A stretch of 62,678 nt of DNA, counting the filler, from Phoronis australis (taxonomy: Eukaryota > Animalia > Phoronida), in assembly GCA_002633005.1 (NCBI GenBank). It is 6 parts of 6 records of this genome, joined end to end, with 100 filler letters (N's around TTAATTAATTAA, not from the genome) between each part and the next. Parts side by side here need not be neighbours in the genome. Positions count along the whole stretch, not along the records: positions 30,927 to 41,220 come from NMRA01000153.1; positions 41,321 to 48,396 come from NMRA01002075.1; positions 48,497 to 57,834 come from NMRA01000593.1; 3 more parts are not named here. One strand, 5' to 3'. Every line of letters starts with the position of its first letter. Position 1 is the stretch's first letter. The notes beneath the pieces were generated by a model. It searched no databases. It saw nothing but the letters and a program-made list of their open reading frames with translations, and was not told the origin of the DNA. The position numbers and the translations under genes are program-made. Of the stretch, positions 37,031 to 49,630 are shown piece by piece.

Positions 37031-40000
37031 AACTATAATCAGGTTCGAAAGAAGTTAATCCCCTCGAAACAATGAACTCATCTGATCTGAATTGAAAACT
37101 ACAAGTGAGAACAGTTGTGGGCGGAAGGTATGAAATTACGGAATTCATGGCTCCGAAAGTTTACAAGTCGACAAATAAATAAATCCGAAGATCAACATAA
37201 GTCTGAAAGAATATTAGTTGTTTTACTATCAGTTTGATAGGGCTGTTTTTAGAAACGTTTTTATTTGCCTGATAGGGTATTTTAAAAAAATCATTCAATA
37301 TTACATAACTTGCCTTCAGGCTTGCGAACCTTCGGAGTATCGAGCTCCATCTTATTTGTACTAATGCGCTGTGACTTGCACGCTACAATAAATTTCCTTC
37401 TTAATTTTAGTCTTCGGTTCTTAATTTTCAGTCTTTCATGCTTCTTCTTCCGTCTTGGTTGTCCGCGAGTCGGATCGTATCGTTGTGGCGTGGGCATGGT
37501 AAGTAAATAAACGAAAACGTTCATTAATAAAATTTACAAAAAACCGATAAATCAACTATTGTTTTCAATTTGCCATTCGGAAACTAATTCAAAAATCCTT
37601 ATCCCTGCCAGGGTAGTAATCGATCACGGGAACCACTGTTCAGCTCAATTTGATCTTGGCATTTGGAAAGGAATTCAAATCACACCACTCAGCAAGCATT
37701 TTGTGACCTTGAACGTCGTTTGGATTTATTCATGCTGTATTTCTTGATATGTTAGGATTGGTGTTAGTATGTTAGCGCAATTGTTAGTCGGGATTAAAAA
37801 GAGTGTTAGCGTCAACGCTTAGTGCAAGCAAATGGTAATAGATGATGGATGGAGAGCTTTATCTATTCGAAGTACATGTGCGTCATCGCAACCCAAACAC
37901 TAATACTTGAGTACAACCCAATTAGCTGGACACCATACATTTGTCACAGGTGGGTAACTGTAACTGTAAGTGTCAGCCAGACAAAAATGTTATCAATAAC
38001 GAAAGTTACACACCTCTATCGCCCTTCATGTATCGGGTAAGACAGGATCTCGTGGTGCACGCCCTCACGTAAGAGGCAACTCCTGGGATGTTTTACCTTT
38101 CCGACTCTGGTGTCATTTTGTGTTGGTGGTTCAGCGACATCTTGGCCGGGTGCACTGCCAGTTGTGGCGAGGTCCTGTATGACCATAGAAAACACGTCAA
38201 CATTTCTCTAACTTTAACGCTTCAAAATCGTGTACATTTCCCCAACTTTAAAGTTTTATATCTCAGAAATAGCTGTCCAGATTTATGTAAAACTTCCAAA
38301 TCCAAGGACTTAAACACCGTTTACAAAATGAATTTAAAATAAAATCATGATATTTTAGAACATTAATAGTTTTTTGAGATTATGTCTTGGAACATTTTCA
38401 TCAAATGAAATTCGAACTTGTTATCGACACCGCTGTTTTGCTATTACTGTGCTTTTCTTTTCTTTTTCGCTAAATTTTACTTGAGGGAAATATTCTTGTG
38501 AGGCAATCATTATGAATATCAGACAGGTAAAAACAGAAATTTCAAATTTTACTTGGGTTTCTAGTTTCCGATAATGTAAACATTTAAGGAGTTAAAATAT
38601 TTAATTTTGTAAAAAAATTAGATAAAATCGCATACTTAGCAATAAAGTCCAATCAACCTTCGAGGACGAATTTAACATACATGAGCCGAGGTGAGTGTAT
38701 TTCATATTGTGAAGTATACATTGAAAGAAATTTGGTTCGGAAAGTAAAAATATGCCCCAACAAACTTGTAACTGAAGTGTAAAACATTTTAAATGCTTTT
38801 TTTCTCATTAAAGTTGAACGGTAAATACACTTTTCAACTCTGTTGTCAGTCGTATTAGTGATACTGCAGGAACTTTTTGATGTACTGTAACCCGTCGTGA
38901 CGTCGTGGTCCTGTATGGTCCCGTAAAGATGATAAACCTGATATTGATGATGTCAACCAATCCACTTTCTGTCACCTGCTTTGCATCTTTAGTGTCAATC
39001 TTCCAAAAATAAAAGCAGGAACCAACTGAAAAAAAACTTATACTTCCTATCTCATAAATTGCATGTTGTGGTCCTTGACGGGTGGTCTTTTCCAAAGGTG
39101 CTGTGTAACTTGCTAAAAGCGTAGGTCACGCTTGCCCGTTTAGCAGAATTTGTTAGAAGTTTTCAAAATTTCCTCCAAACTTTTGAGGGTTGGCGATAAG
39201 TTACAAAGCATTATTTTGTTTCAGATTACTGGATGGGGAAAGTCGTTTTTGGTATGTGTAAGTAGGCCAAAACCGAGTTTGGTATCCTTTTAATGATAAA
39301 CAAAGACCAGCTATTTAACAAATGACAAAGTCGCTCAAATAAAATACAGCAATTAAGACTAAATGTAGTTCACTTCCGAGAAGGAATATAATACAGGCGA
39401 CCCGAAATGAGAGCCTATAGTGTAATTTTTGAGAGACTGCACTGAAACCAGTTGTGAAACCGCGTACTTGAATAAAGACGTATTCCTGAAGTAGATTTTT
39501 TACTTCGCTTTTCCAAATAAAACAAGTGATTGGTCAATTTTTGATGGCTCAAATGAGTACACTCATGTAGTCACTGCCAGGATACTGATTTACAGCTGAA
39601 CGGCACCATATCTTTGGCCGTGGTGTCATTCGTGTTAGTGGTCCTTCTGCACTTTTGGTACACTGTAACTGCTCGCGACGTCAGGTGCCGTGGGTAAATG
39701 GTAGACTAGACAGCCAAAGTCCACTTGTTCGACGACTTGCCAAGTCGCTAAAATTGCACAATAAGTGATCAACCTTATATGACCTGAATTGAAAACTTCA
39801 AGTGAGAAAGAATGTGTTCAGAGTCTATATGAAATTAAGGTATTCATGGGTCGCAAGGTTTGCAAGTCTAAAAATCCATAAATCTGAAGACTTATCCACA
39901 CAATTACGAAAACCCACCGAAGCTTATAAATTTGAACTTTCATGACACTAGGTTCCGAACAGTGATTTTGAGCAAAACGTTCAGGGATTTACTTGCACAC

Positions 40001-40701
40001 GGCTGTTTGAAACTAGTTCTTCGAAGAGACTGTGCCTCTCAAAGCGGGATCCAAACATGAAGTTGGGCGATTCACTGAGTTGCTGTAGTTATTTACATGT
40101 TCGAAGTATGGTTTATCGCCGCCAAAATTTTGATGCTTGGCTGTCGTTGACTTTGAATCGCTGGTTTCTGGCATCATAGACCTTCGGACTAGTTTCGAAC
40201 TAACTAGTTTTTTCTTTCTGTCGGATTTGGGAACCTTCGGCCTTATAATGCCTTTTTATTCATTTGCGGTATTATGAGAGTTCGAACTTGTGAATCTTTG
40301 GAGTATCGAGCTGTACCCTATTTATACAGTATGACACGCAAGCAACGTTAGATTACATAAGTCCCCTGTTAGATTATCTTCTTAATTTTCGTATTCCACC
40401 TTTCTTCCGTCTTGGTTATCCGTGGGTCGCAGCTTGTCGTTTATATATAGGTATGGCGTGCAAATAGACAAAAAAGGTGCAGTAATGAAATTTACAGACA
40501 ATCGGTAAATCAACTATTGTTTTCAAGTTGACACTCCGAGATTAATTGAAGAATCTACCAAGGCAGTTATCGATCACGGGAACCATTGTTCTGATCCATA
40601 TATTGTGGGTCATCCTGATGTGTTCCCGTTTTATGCATATCGGGATTCTACATATGTACGTGTCCCAGGTTCGGTATGACCAGTTTTCATTGCATTGGAC
40701 A

Positions 40702-40891
40702 GAGTTCTATGTGTCCTGGTGTGGTAGCTGTGATTGTCCCCCTGCAGAGAATGTCCTAGCTGCATGTATTTGAATGCCGGTGTACTGGCACGTTAATCAG
40801 TGGATTAGCCGGATGCTCCATTCAAATACACGCAAGCCGGACAATTTCTCCAGGGGGACAATGGCTACTTTCACACCGAGTTCTATGTGTC
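40702..40891. repeat. ~160-bp imperfect palindrome flanked by a 14-bp direct repeat
   Basis: Arms ATTGTCCCCCTG...GCATGTATTTGAATG and CATTCAAATACACGC...CAGGGGGACAAT; GAGTTCTATGTGTC at 40702-40715 and 40878-40891. Confidence 0.75.
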
Positions 40892-41220
40892 ATTGGCCAG
40901 TGCTCGATGAGCCAAGAAAATTAACATACCGAAGTTCGTCGTTTGCGACCTAGCCGAAATCTCGAAAACTAAAGGCGCATTTTCAAGAAGTGAGCTAGCA
41001 TTCCAAAATTCCAGGGGCATTGCTTTATCTGACAACGACCAGAATCCAATGCAACTAAGGAGAATGCATAAAAATAACACGTTACTTTATTACTTGTTGA
41101 ACTTATGCCCTAAATCAGGATCGAAAAGCACCTGACAACTGTCATGTGGGCCTAAATGGCAAGTGTTGCTAAAACTTGCACACTCGTCCGCTTAGCGTCT
41201 GGACTATTACGCAAAACACC

Positions 41221-41320
41221 NNNNNNNNNNNNNNNNNNNNNNNNNNNNNNNNNNNNNNNNNNNNTTAATTAATTAANNNNNNNNNNNNNNNNNNNNNNNN
41301 NNNNNNNNNNNNNNNNNNNN
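41221..41320. other. Artificial assembly linker
   Basis: 44 N + TTAATTAATTAA + 44 N. Confidence 0.97.
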
Positions 41321-42651
41321 ATATTTCATAAGAATCTGTCAAGGAACTTCAGAGAAACAAAGGAAAACAGAATAAAATCAAATTGCCACTAGTGGGCACA
41401 GTGTTCGTTGGATCCACACGAAAATCGTCGTCGTTATCTTCATAAAAATACACTTACTAAATTTAATAAAGATCTTGCAGTGTGTCTAGGGGATACAACA
41501 ATGGGCGCAAAACAAAACTACCACTAGGAGACGCCACAGTAGTCAGTCACCATCATAAAAGGTCGTCTTCATACTGAGAACATATATGCCAGTATTCAAA
41601 CGACTTGGTTGATACAGGGGTGGACGCCAAAAACAACATTTGAAAACAGCAAAAATGGCCACTAGGTGGTGCAAAATACCTCGATGATTCCTTCCGAACA
41701 GAAAGATAGCGTCATCACACCAATAGATGCCTATATTTAAATTTTATGAAAATCAGTTGAGGACCTTTCAAGATACAGAGTTAAACATAAAAAACTAAAA
41801 TTGCCACTAGGGGGCATACCAACAGTCAGATCTGTCCAAAAGTCGTCGTCGTCCGTAGTCAACATCATATAAATACACTTGCTAAATTAAGTAAAGATCC
41901 TGCAAACAGTTTAGGAGACACAGCCATGAGCGCAACAAAAAACTGCCACTAGGAGGTGCCCCAGTAAACGAAGTCATCAGAAAATCACCATAAGCCGTCC
42001 ACTTCATAGTAAAAACATGCATGCCAATTTTCATAATTATCCTGAAAACGGTTTGGTTGATAGATTAGTGGATGCTAAAAAACTCAAAAACAGTAAAAAT
42101 GGCCACAAGGTGGCACAAACTAGGTCGAATTCATCTGAAAATGGAGAGATAGTGACATCTCATTAATAGATGCCAATTATGCCAAATCTTATGAAAATAC
42201 GATGAGGACCTTTGAAGATACGTGAACGTAAAAAAATAAAATTGCCACTAGGTGGCACACCAGTAGTGAGATCTGTCCGAAAGTCGTCATCGTTTGTTGT
42301 TAACATCATATAAATATACTTTCTAAATTTCGTAAATATCCTACGTCGAATCCATCCAAAAACTGGAGGATAGTGTCATCTAACTAATAGGTGCCTACAT
42401 AACAATTTTCATGAAAATCCGTTAAGGACTTCTGAAGATACAAATGTAAGCGTAAAAAATTAAATTGCCACTAGGGGGCACACCGGTAGTCGGATCCGTC
42501 CAAATATTAGCTCATGATGTCCCATTCATGAATGGAACATATGTACCAAATTTCATGAACGTATGTCAAAGGGTTTTGGAGATAGAGCAGCAGACGAGGG
42601 ACAGAGATGACGGCATTATGCGTCCACGTACAAATATGTGGGCGCATAAAA
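41321..42651 (+). mobile_element. Third HINE-like copy, 5' end lost in the gap
   Basis: Same tandem cores and 3' end GACGGCATTATGCGTCCAC...GTGGGCGCATAAAA. Confidence 0.7.
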
Positions 42652-42878
42652 ATGGCAAGCGAATGTTCCATTTCATGACTGTCACGCCCCGTGAAATCAC
42701 TCTTTTACCACATTGAAATATTCAACTGTGTAGGTTAGTGGTCTTGAGAATGGCAATTTCTCGCTTCATAGCGAGATCGCATGCACGTGCTACTACTTGT
42801 TGTCTGCAAGTGATAATGTCAATGACTAGAAGACTATTTCGGTGACAAACGTGACCAAGCCTCTCAATAACTTTTTAC

Positions 42879-43025
42879 ACTGGTGACGTGGTGTGAACCA
42901 GTCCGATGGCGTTAGGGGAGAGTTATTGGTTCTGTACCAGTTATCATTGTCATACCACTTCATTTCCCGCCAAACTACATTTGCTTGCCTCCAGAAAGAG
43001 TGATCACTTTTAGCGACCTCAGACG
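42879..43025 (-). CDS. Possible Trp-rich internal exon of an unidentified extracellular protein
   Basis: tttctgttatcAG acceptor and T|GTAAAA donor, 147 nt symmetric phase 1-1; SFWRQANVVWREMKWYDNDNWYRTNNSPLTPSDWF is loosely C-type-lectin-like. Confidence 0.35.
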
Positions 43026-43168
43026 CTGATAACAGAAAACAAGGCGAAATGTCGAGTAGACGGTGAGCATTTTTCACTTTTTTGACATGTTGATGTAAAT
43101 TTTAGCTATCCCAAATAATGTGATCAGACGACAACAAGTACAGCAAATGAGTAAACCGATGTGTCATC

Positions 43169-44672
43169 TGGTAGCTCATTCCCATCTTGATAATGACATG
43201 AATCCACTAGTCATCTTTCTAGATTTTTCTAAAGCTTTCGACACAATAGACCACCAAATACTCTTGCAAAAGATAAATCACTATGGTATTACTGGAGTTG
43301 AATATACACTGTTCAAAGTTATCTCTCAAACCGCACACAATATGTTTCACTAAGTGATACAACTTCCAGTTGGTTACCAATATCTACCGGAGTTCGCCAA
43401 AGCTCTGTCCTTGGCCCACTTCTCTTCCTAGTTTACATAAATCTTTCGTTTTCTTCTCCCATGGACACACTTCTTTATGCTGACGACACTTGCCTCGTCA
43501 CACCTTACAAAATGACTGAATCTTAGCTACATACTTTACAGCAATCTACCACCATCAACAACAACCTTAAATCTATTTCAGACTGGTTTTCCGTGAACAA
43601 ACTTTCAATTAACACATCAAAAAGTAAATTAATGATTTTCCACTACCCCCAACAGAAAATTTATAAATGCATTATTCCCACCTTTTATATAAATAGCAAA
43701 ACAATGTCATGTGAACAGTTTTCCTTTCCTTGGTATTACTGTTGACAAAAATCTCATGGTACCCACACATTAACCTCATCTCAAACAAACTTAACAATCT
43801 CTGTGGACTCTCCTACAAATTGAAATCTTATCTTCCTCTTCCAGCTCTTAAGTTGATATATAATTCACTTGTCCTTCCACATTTAAACTATGGCATTGCA
43901 ACTTGGGATTTTGGCAACACTAAGAAACTTCAGACAGCCCAGAAAAGAATCCTTAGGAATATATCAAATTCCAGTTATAATGCTCACTCTCTGCCCATAT
44001 GTAAGGAACTTCGCCTCCCTCTAGTTCAAGACATCTTTAAAATCTTAACTGCAAAATTTTACTACAAATTCCTCAATTATCATCTTCCTAAGTATTTTTA
44101 CACTAACAACTTCTTTAGTAAACCCGTCCAATATAAACCAACCAGACACATTAAAACTCCTACATACCTGAATCAATACTCAGCTGCTATACCGACAATA
44201 CAACCCAAAATTTTAATTCCTCCGTCCAACAAATTGTCATCAAGAGCCTGTATTAGATTTCAGATTCCTCGACTTATAAACAACAACGAAATACCAGTCT
44301 CTGCTCTAAATATAATAAAAACGCATTCTTTGCAAGCATTCTCCAGGTTCTTAACCAATTTTATTATTAGCAACTACGATCCAGTTTGTCATATTTCCAA
44401 TTGCTTCATATGTAACAGTATCTAATTGTATTCTCAAAATCTTCAGAGCTGTGCCAGTTTACTTCTTGGTTCCTGGCGGGTCGGTCGTTTCCAGCACTAA
44501 TTCACTGTTTTCTTAAGTATTCCTACTGATTTTTGCATTACTATTTGTTTATTTTGTACAGGGGACCTTCTTATTAGCAGTCAATAACCTTTAGAAGGCC
44601 TCCTAATTGAAATCAAATTTTAATCAATGTATTATTAAAATTTAATGTAAATAAAAGCGTTTTCTCTCTCTC
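43169..44672 (+). mobile_element. 5'-truncated non-LTR retrotransposon (RT + C-terminal domain), frameshifted
   Basis: [31 protein letters not shown] (43476-43490), LIYNSLVLPHLNYGI, C-terminal CHISNCFICN; AATAAA then (TC)n tail. Confidence 0.92.
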
Positions 44673-44992
44673 ATCTCCCATGCATTATTTAGCTAACATA
44701 AACACCAATACTTCAACCATTTAGTAATCAAGTATCAGAAGGCCATATACCCATCACAAGTGCCATTTAATGGCTAAAACCTAACCACCGGTATGACTTC
44801 AGTGGTTTAGCCATGCATCGTATCAATTAATGCGATGGGTGACAATGCTGGCTAATTTGTCCGGCACACATTTGTAGCCATTTTCTTGTCTCATGGTTCA
44901 TGGGACTTATATGAAATGTACTAGGAATTACGACTGAAAGCCGTTAAAAATTAAAGCTGACATCGCTCAATGATACAGCTTTCAGGATTGCA

Positions 44993-45057
44993 AGCTATCC
45001 CAAATAATGTGATCAGACGACAACAAGTACAGCAAATGAGTAAACCGATGTGTCATC
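44993..45057. repeat. Perfect 65-bp direct repeat of 43104-43168
   Basis: AGCTATCCCAAATAATG...CCGATGTGTCATC identical at both positions. Confidence 0.95.
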
Positions 45058-45974
45058 GTTTGATTAAAGATGGCTTTTCAGTAATCTATGTTAGTTTCGC
45101 ATTTTTGTCCTCTGTTCACACGTCAGCCATGGAAATACTATTTGGGTGACCCTTACTTTTTTTTGCAGATGGCAAAGAACAAATTCCAAAATTCAAGACT
45201 TAAAAAGTTTAATGAAAAATTGGAACAACCTTAAAATGGATACAGAATAATCATTTGGACATTTTAAAACTTTTTTTTCGTTTTTTTTTTTTCAATACCA
45301 CCATTTGCTACCAAGTCAAAGCCCTTGACTGGCTAATACAGAGCAGGCTGAATTGGGCATCACAAACACAACACTAACAATAAGACCGTAATACAGATAT
45401 TTATTAAATTAAATAATGACTTTTAACAAATGAAAATGAAAGCAGTGAGCATGCAAGCAGTTGTTTTAGAAGACATATCTAGCTAAAGGCAAAGACTTGC
45501 TATAAAGGCTAATTTTCATAGAATATGTAAAACAAGGTCTAAAGAATGTATGGCACAAAAATCTTTTTAAACTTTAACACTAGTTCATGAATTCCATAAA
45601 ATTTAACAAGCAATGAATTTTGAAAACAAACTCTAAGCAAACACTAAATTGGCAACTTCTACATTGAATTGGCTTACCGTATTCGCTGTAATAGCCACCC
45701 ATGCCCCTATAACCACCCCCACATGCGTTTTCAGACTGCTGAAATAAGCGCCCAGTCTATGAACGTGTACATGCGAACAATGACATACCTACAGTCCTAA
45801 AACTCGGCTACAGTAACGTCTTCAATTAATCAAAAAATTTTGCACGGGTCTTCTAGACCACCAGCGGCACTGCTACGATTGTATTTCGCCGAGACTATAC
45901 ACTTCAAAGTAACGCAGCACTTCAAAAAGAACGCAACAGCTTTGCTACTCTCACGACGACCGTGTCCTAAAATC

Positions 45975-46147
45975 GTACTCGAAATATAGATGAGATACAC
46001 TTCAGTTCGAGTACACTCGAAAACTGAGTACGTGCTCGAAATTTCGAGTACAGATTTTTCGAGTATGACATTGAATACACCAAAGCTGAGTCTGTACTCG
46101 AGTTGAGTATGAAGTGTGAGTTTGAGCATGATTCGAGTCTGAGTACG
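45975..46147. repeat. GTACTCGA/TCGAGTAC motif array, likely DNA-transposon subterminal repeats
   Basis: Many direct and inverted copies of GTACTCGA/GAGTAC. Confidence 0.55.
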
Positions 46148-48396
46148 GAGATTGGAGACCGGGCCCAGTACAGACACATCGACTGTCTCATGAATAAAAA
46201 TAACTTGGTGTTAAACGCACGTGGTCAGGAAGCGCGCGCTACATATATGAACCTGTCATCAGAGACATTAGTTGGGAACTGTCCATTCATGAAACGGGTA
46301 GCAAAGCATCGGTAAGAAATGAATATTGGCACTAATTTCCGACAATTTCTAATACTATAAAACATGTTTGCGTTATTTTTGAGATGGATCGTTTCATTAA
46401 CCATAATTGGTGTTTTTAAGCCGAATATCCGATAAAATTACAACTGACAGTGAATGCTTACACACCCTTACACCGAAAAATAACTGTCAGATAGTTACGT
46501 ACGCATCCAGCTACATGGCGACTAATTTGGGCCTTACCAAAACAAATTTAGAACGTTTTTAGCACGTGAGACCGGCAAGTGCTGAATAAAACACACTCTG
46601 GTTTAGGCCTACTGCTTGTGCAAATTTCTTTAGACACGTCTAGCTCGTTAGATTGCGTGGCTCTGGCCAAAAGACGGTCTCTGCTTTGGCAAATGAACTC
46701 CAGTGACACACACGCGCTCGCTTACTCCCAAACGCAGAAAAACTTCAAAACAAACGTCAAGTAACAACAACACGTGTGTTCGTCCAGACATTTTTCTCGC
46801 CGTGTTGCCGATCATACATGTAGATGGCACGTTGTTGCACAGATTTTTGCTGAAACCTGCCATTAATCCAGACTCCACGGGAACTTAAAAAAAATGTTAG
46901 GGACGCTACTTGGAAAACGTAATGAGGATTTCAGGTAATTTGCTGGAATCGAATCTATTTTTATTCAAGCATTGAAGTCGCCATATCGAAGACGGCGATT
47001 TCAAGGCAGTCGGCGAGTTTTCGCCCTGGGATTTCAGCACAATTTTCTGTAAAATGATCCTAATTTCGCAGCAAAGTTTGACAGCAACGCACCACAGTTT
47101 TNGGGCAGTTATTACGGCGAATACGGTATCACTGTATCATAACCCCAAATTTCTCATTCTTCAGGCTAAATCAAATGAAACAAGATACATAATTTGTGGA
47201 AAATGCATGGCAATCTACAGGGCTCGACATAACAAGCTGCAGGTCGCATTTGCGACCTGAAATTTGGAAATGCGTATCAAGTCGCAAAATGCGACCTGGA
47301 ATTTCCAACGAATGCGAGCTGAGTTTTTACACTCTTGTTAATCCAACCGTTATTTGGTTATTGACAAATCCAAGTTCAAAAGAACACTAACCTAGAACAG
47401 CCCTCCGATGACTTGTAACATGGGATGTAATAGAATCAATCTTTGACGCGTTTCATTTCCTAACATTTTCGGCCACTTCTGCAAATTTCCGGATTCACCG
47501 AAGAAAGTTTCGGGCCACTGCATAACACGCGATAAAACATCACAAAACAACGATGTTTCTACTAATTCTTAAGCGATCAACTTACCCAACACTGTGGTGG
47601 ACAAATATGTTTATATTTTGCGTACGAGCGTCTCAATAAAAATTTGTATGCGCCAATGACGCCGGGTGCCACCTTAAAATAATACATGCTACAGTTAATT
47701 ACCCAACCACGAAAACTCTTGATGCGAATTTCAATCAAATACAACAACAAGAAATAACACCCCCATCAGTCCAAGGTTGAAATAATTCCTAACAGTGTTA
47801 ACATTTTCTGAAACTTGCCAGGGAAATATTCCACCAGAAAGTTATCTCCAATAATGCAGTTCTGTCACCTTAGGCAACAAAGTTTACTTAAAACTTTCCC
47901 AGATAATAGCTAATTGCATGAAAGAGAACTGGGGGAAACAAGTGGAATTCTTCCCCTGAAATATCACATTCACCTACCCGATTTTCTTACTTTCTGTGAA
48001 TCCTACCACTGACACTCGTTATCAATAATATATGGTTCTACGAAGGGTTTAGCGTATAAAACTTTGAAAGATAAATTTTGTAAGCCTGTGTTAAACAGCG
48101 GCAGCCGTAAGCAACGCCACCCACGACCTCCAAAATGGAACACCCAGAGACTAACGGACTTGTCACCCGGGCATTCCGAGTCTGGATCGGCACTGAAGAA
48201 GAGGGGGAGAAGTCAAGACAAGAATCTACAGTGTTGCAGCTTTTCATAAAAAATGGGACTCACCTCGGTTATGTTCTACTTATTGACAGTTTTGAATGGA
48301 ACTGCCATTGACCGAACTTCATCATCGCTCACCAATCGATCAAACTCAGCCGACCAACCAACAAGACACTTGTAAACGACCCTCCCGACGCTCCCT

Positions 48397-48496
48397 NNNN
48401 NNNNNNNNNNNNNNNNNNNNNNNNNNNNNNNNNNNNNNNNTTAATTAATTAANNNNNNNNNNNNNNNNNNNNNNNNNNNNNNNNNNNNNNNNNNNN
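48397..48496. other. Artificial assembly linker
   Basis: 44 N + TTAATTAATTAA + 44 N. Confidence 0.97.
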
Positions 48497-48778
48497 GACT
48501 GACTGCCGCGAAGTCGACATCGGCGAGTGCCTCAGTTAACAGGCATCGGTAGAATAATCATGGAATAATCGTTAAAATAATCATAAACCTTACCTTTGTA
48601 TGAGGTCGTGCTTACTTCCTCTCATAGAAGCACCCTTTTTACGCAATCTCAGATTCAGTTGGCACGGCTCCAAGCCATTTCACCATGTATTTAAAGGGCT
48701 CGCGAAATCGAGGCTGCTAATCTATCACCACTAGTACACGCACGCCCTCTAGTTATTGTAGATTTTCCGAATAGCCCC
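48497..48778 (+). mobile_element. Terminal fragment of the same ISL2EU-like family as 26956-29111
   Basis: Close reverse complement of ~26956-27240, ending TTCCGAATAGCCCC followed by AT. Confidence 0.85.
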
Positions 48779-49486
48779 ATTCTGACACACTTCATTTCCT
48801 AGTAATCAAGCCTCAAATGGCTAAACCGATCAGCGCCATCTTGAGCCTTGGACGGGACGAAGCTGAGCCCCGCCCGGGTCTCGTGTCTGTTAGGCTAAGG
48901 GGTTCCGGTGGCTAAGTAAAAATTCCGCGACTCCTGAAGCCTCAACACTGGGGTGGTGTTCCGCGAGAAACTCTCAAAACAGCAAGACCGCGAAAGACCA
49001 CTGATGCAAAAACGAGCGATTGCAAGGCAAGCGTATCGTGAGTTCGCTTGGGACCTAAAGCCCTACCAAAATGGTGACCATTGAAGTGATGAGAACAAAA
49101 GTGCTTCAAGAAATCTTTAAGTTTCCAAGATGAGCTGAAGACCTCTCATTTATAACCGTAGCCCATTACTGTGCTGTTAATTGAATCTTGATGCTGTAGA
49201 GAGCCGCAAAAGAAGTTTCAACATTTTTCTTGTCACCACTTGAATCATAGAGCTCAGAAGCGCACGCTTCAAGTCAAGGCAACAATCCACCAAATTTTTG
49301 TCTTGGACCCACCGATTAAAACCTTTTCATGTGTTCAGCCAGTTCCATTCCGCACTTTATATTTTACTCGTACATATATAAATACATAGTTATCTGTCAA
49401 ATTTGAAATTTTGAACACATTCGACAATCTTTTCGATTAAAAAGGATTTCTTGCAAAAATGCATACTAAAAAGTCCAGGCGCTTAC

Positions 49487-49630
49487 CTATGACGTCATCT
49501 TTGACTGGACCAAGGCGTTCCTGCAGAGTGGCTGTATGTATTTCCGGCGAGACACTGATAACGCTGTGCAACGTAAAGTTGTAATCGTACACAAGGCTCG
49601 TGTACAATTGATTCTCTTGATAATCACCCA
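49487..49630 (-). CDS. ANF-receptor/receptor guanylyl cyclase-like gene, coding exon 4
   Basis: tttctctgcAG acceptor and G|GTAAGC donor, 144 nt, phase 1-1; GDYQENQLYTSLVYDYNFTL...ERLGPVKDDVI. Confidence 0.8.
   Translation of the reverse strand, partial: WVIIKRINCTRALCTITTLRCTALSVSRRKYIQPLCRNALVQSKMTS

Larger units (their letters stand above)
30927..40540. repeat. Old degenerate kb-scale tandem/complex repeat array
   Basis: Recurring blocks: GCAGTATGAAACCCAAG-like (~31560, 31908, 32270, 33295), TGATCTGAATTG (~32773, 37083, 39780), ATCTC.TG.TG.AC.CCCTCA...CTGGTGTCATT (~31115, 34021, 38047). Confidence 0.7.

Noticed and set aside
46648-46884. Minus-strand ORF with a CTL-like snippet (CFEVF...VC..GVHL)
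   Set aside because: Lacks the conserved Trp and correct spacing; no consistent splice model.
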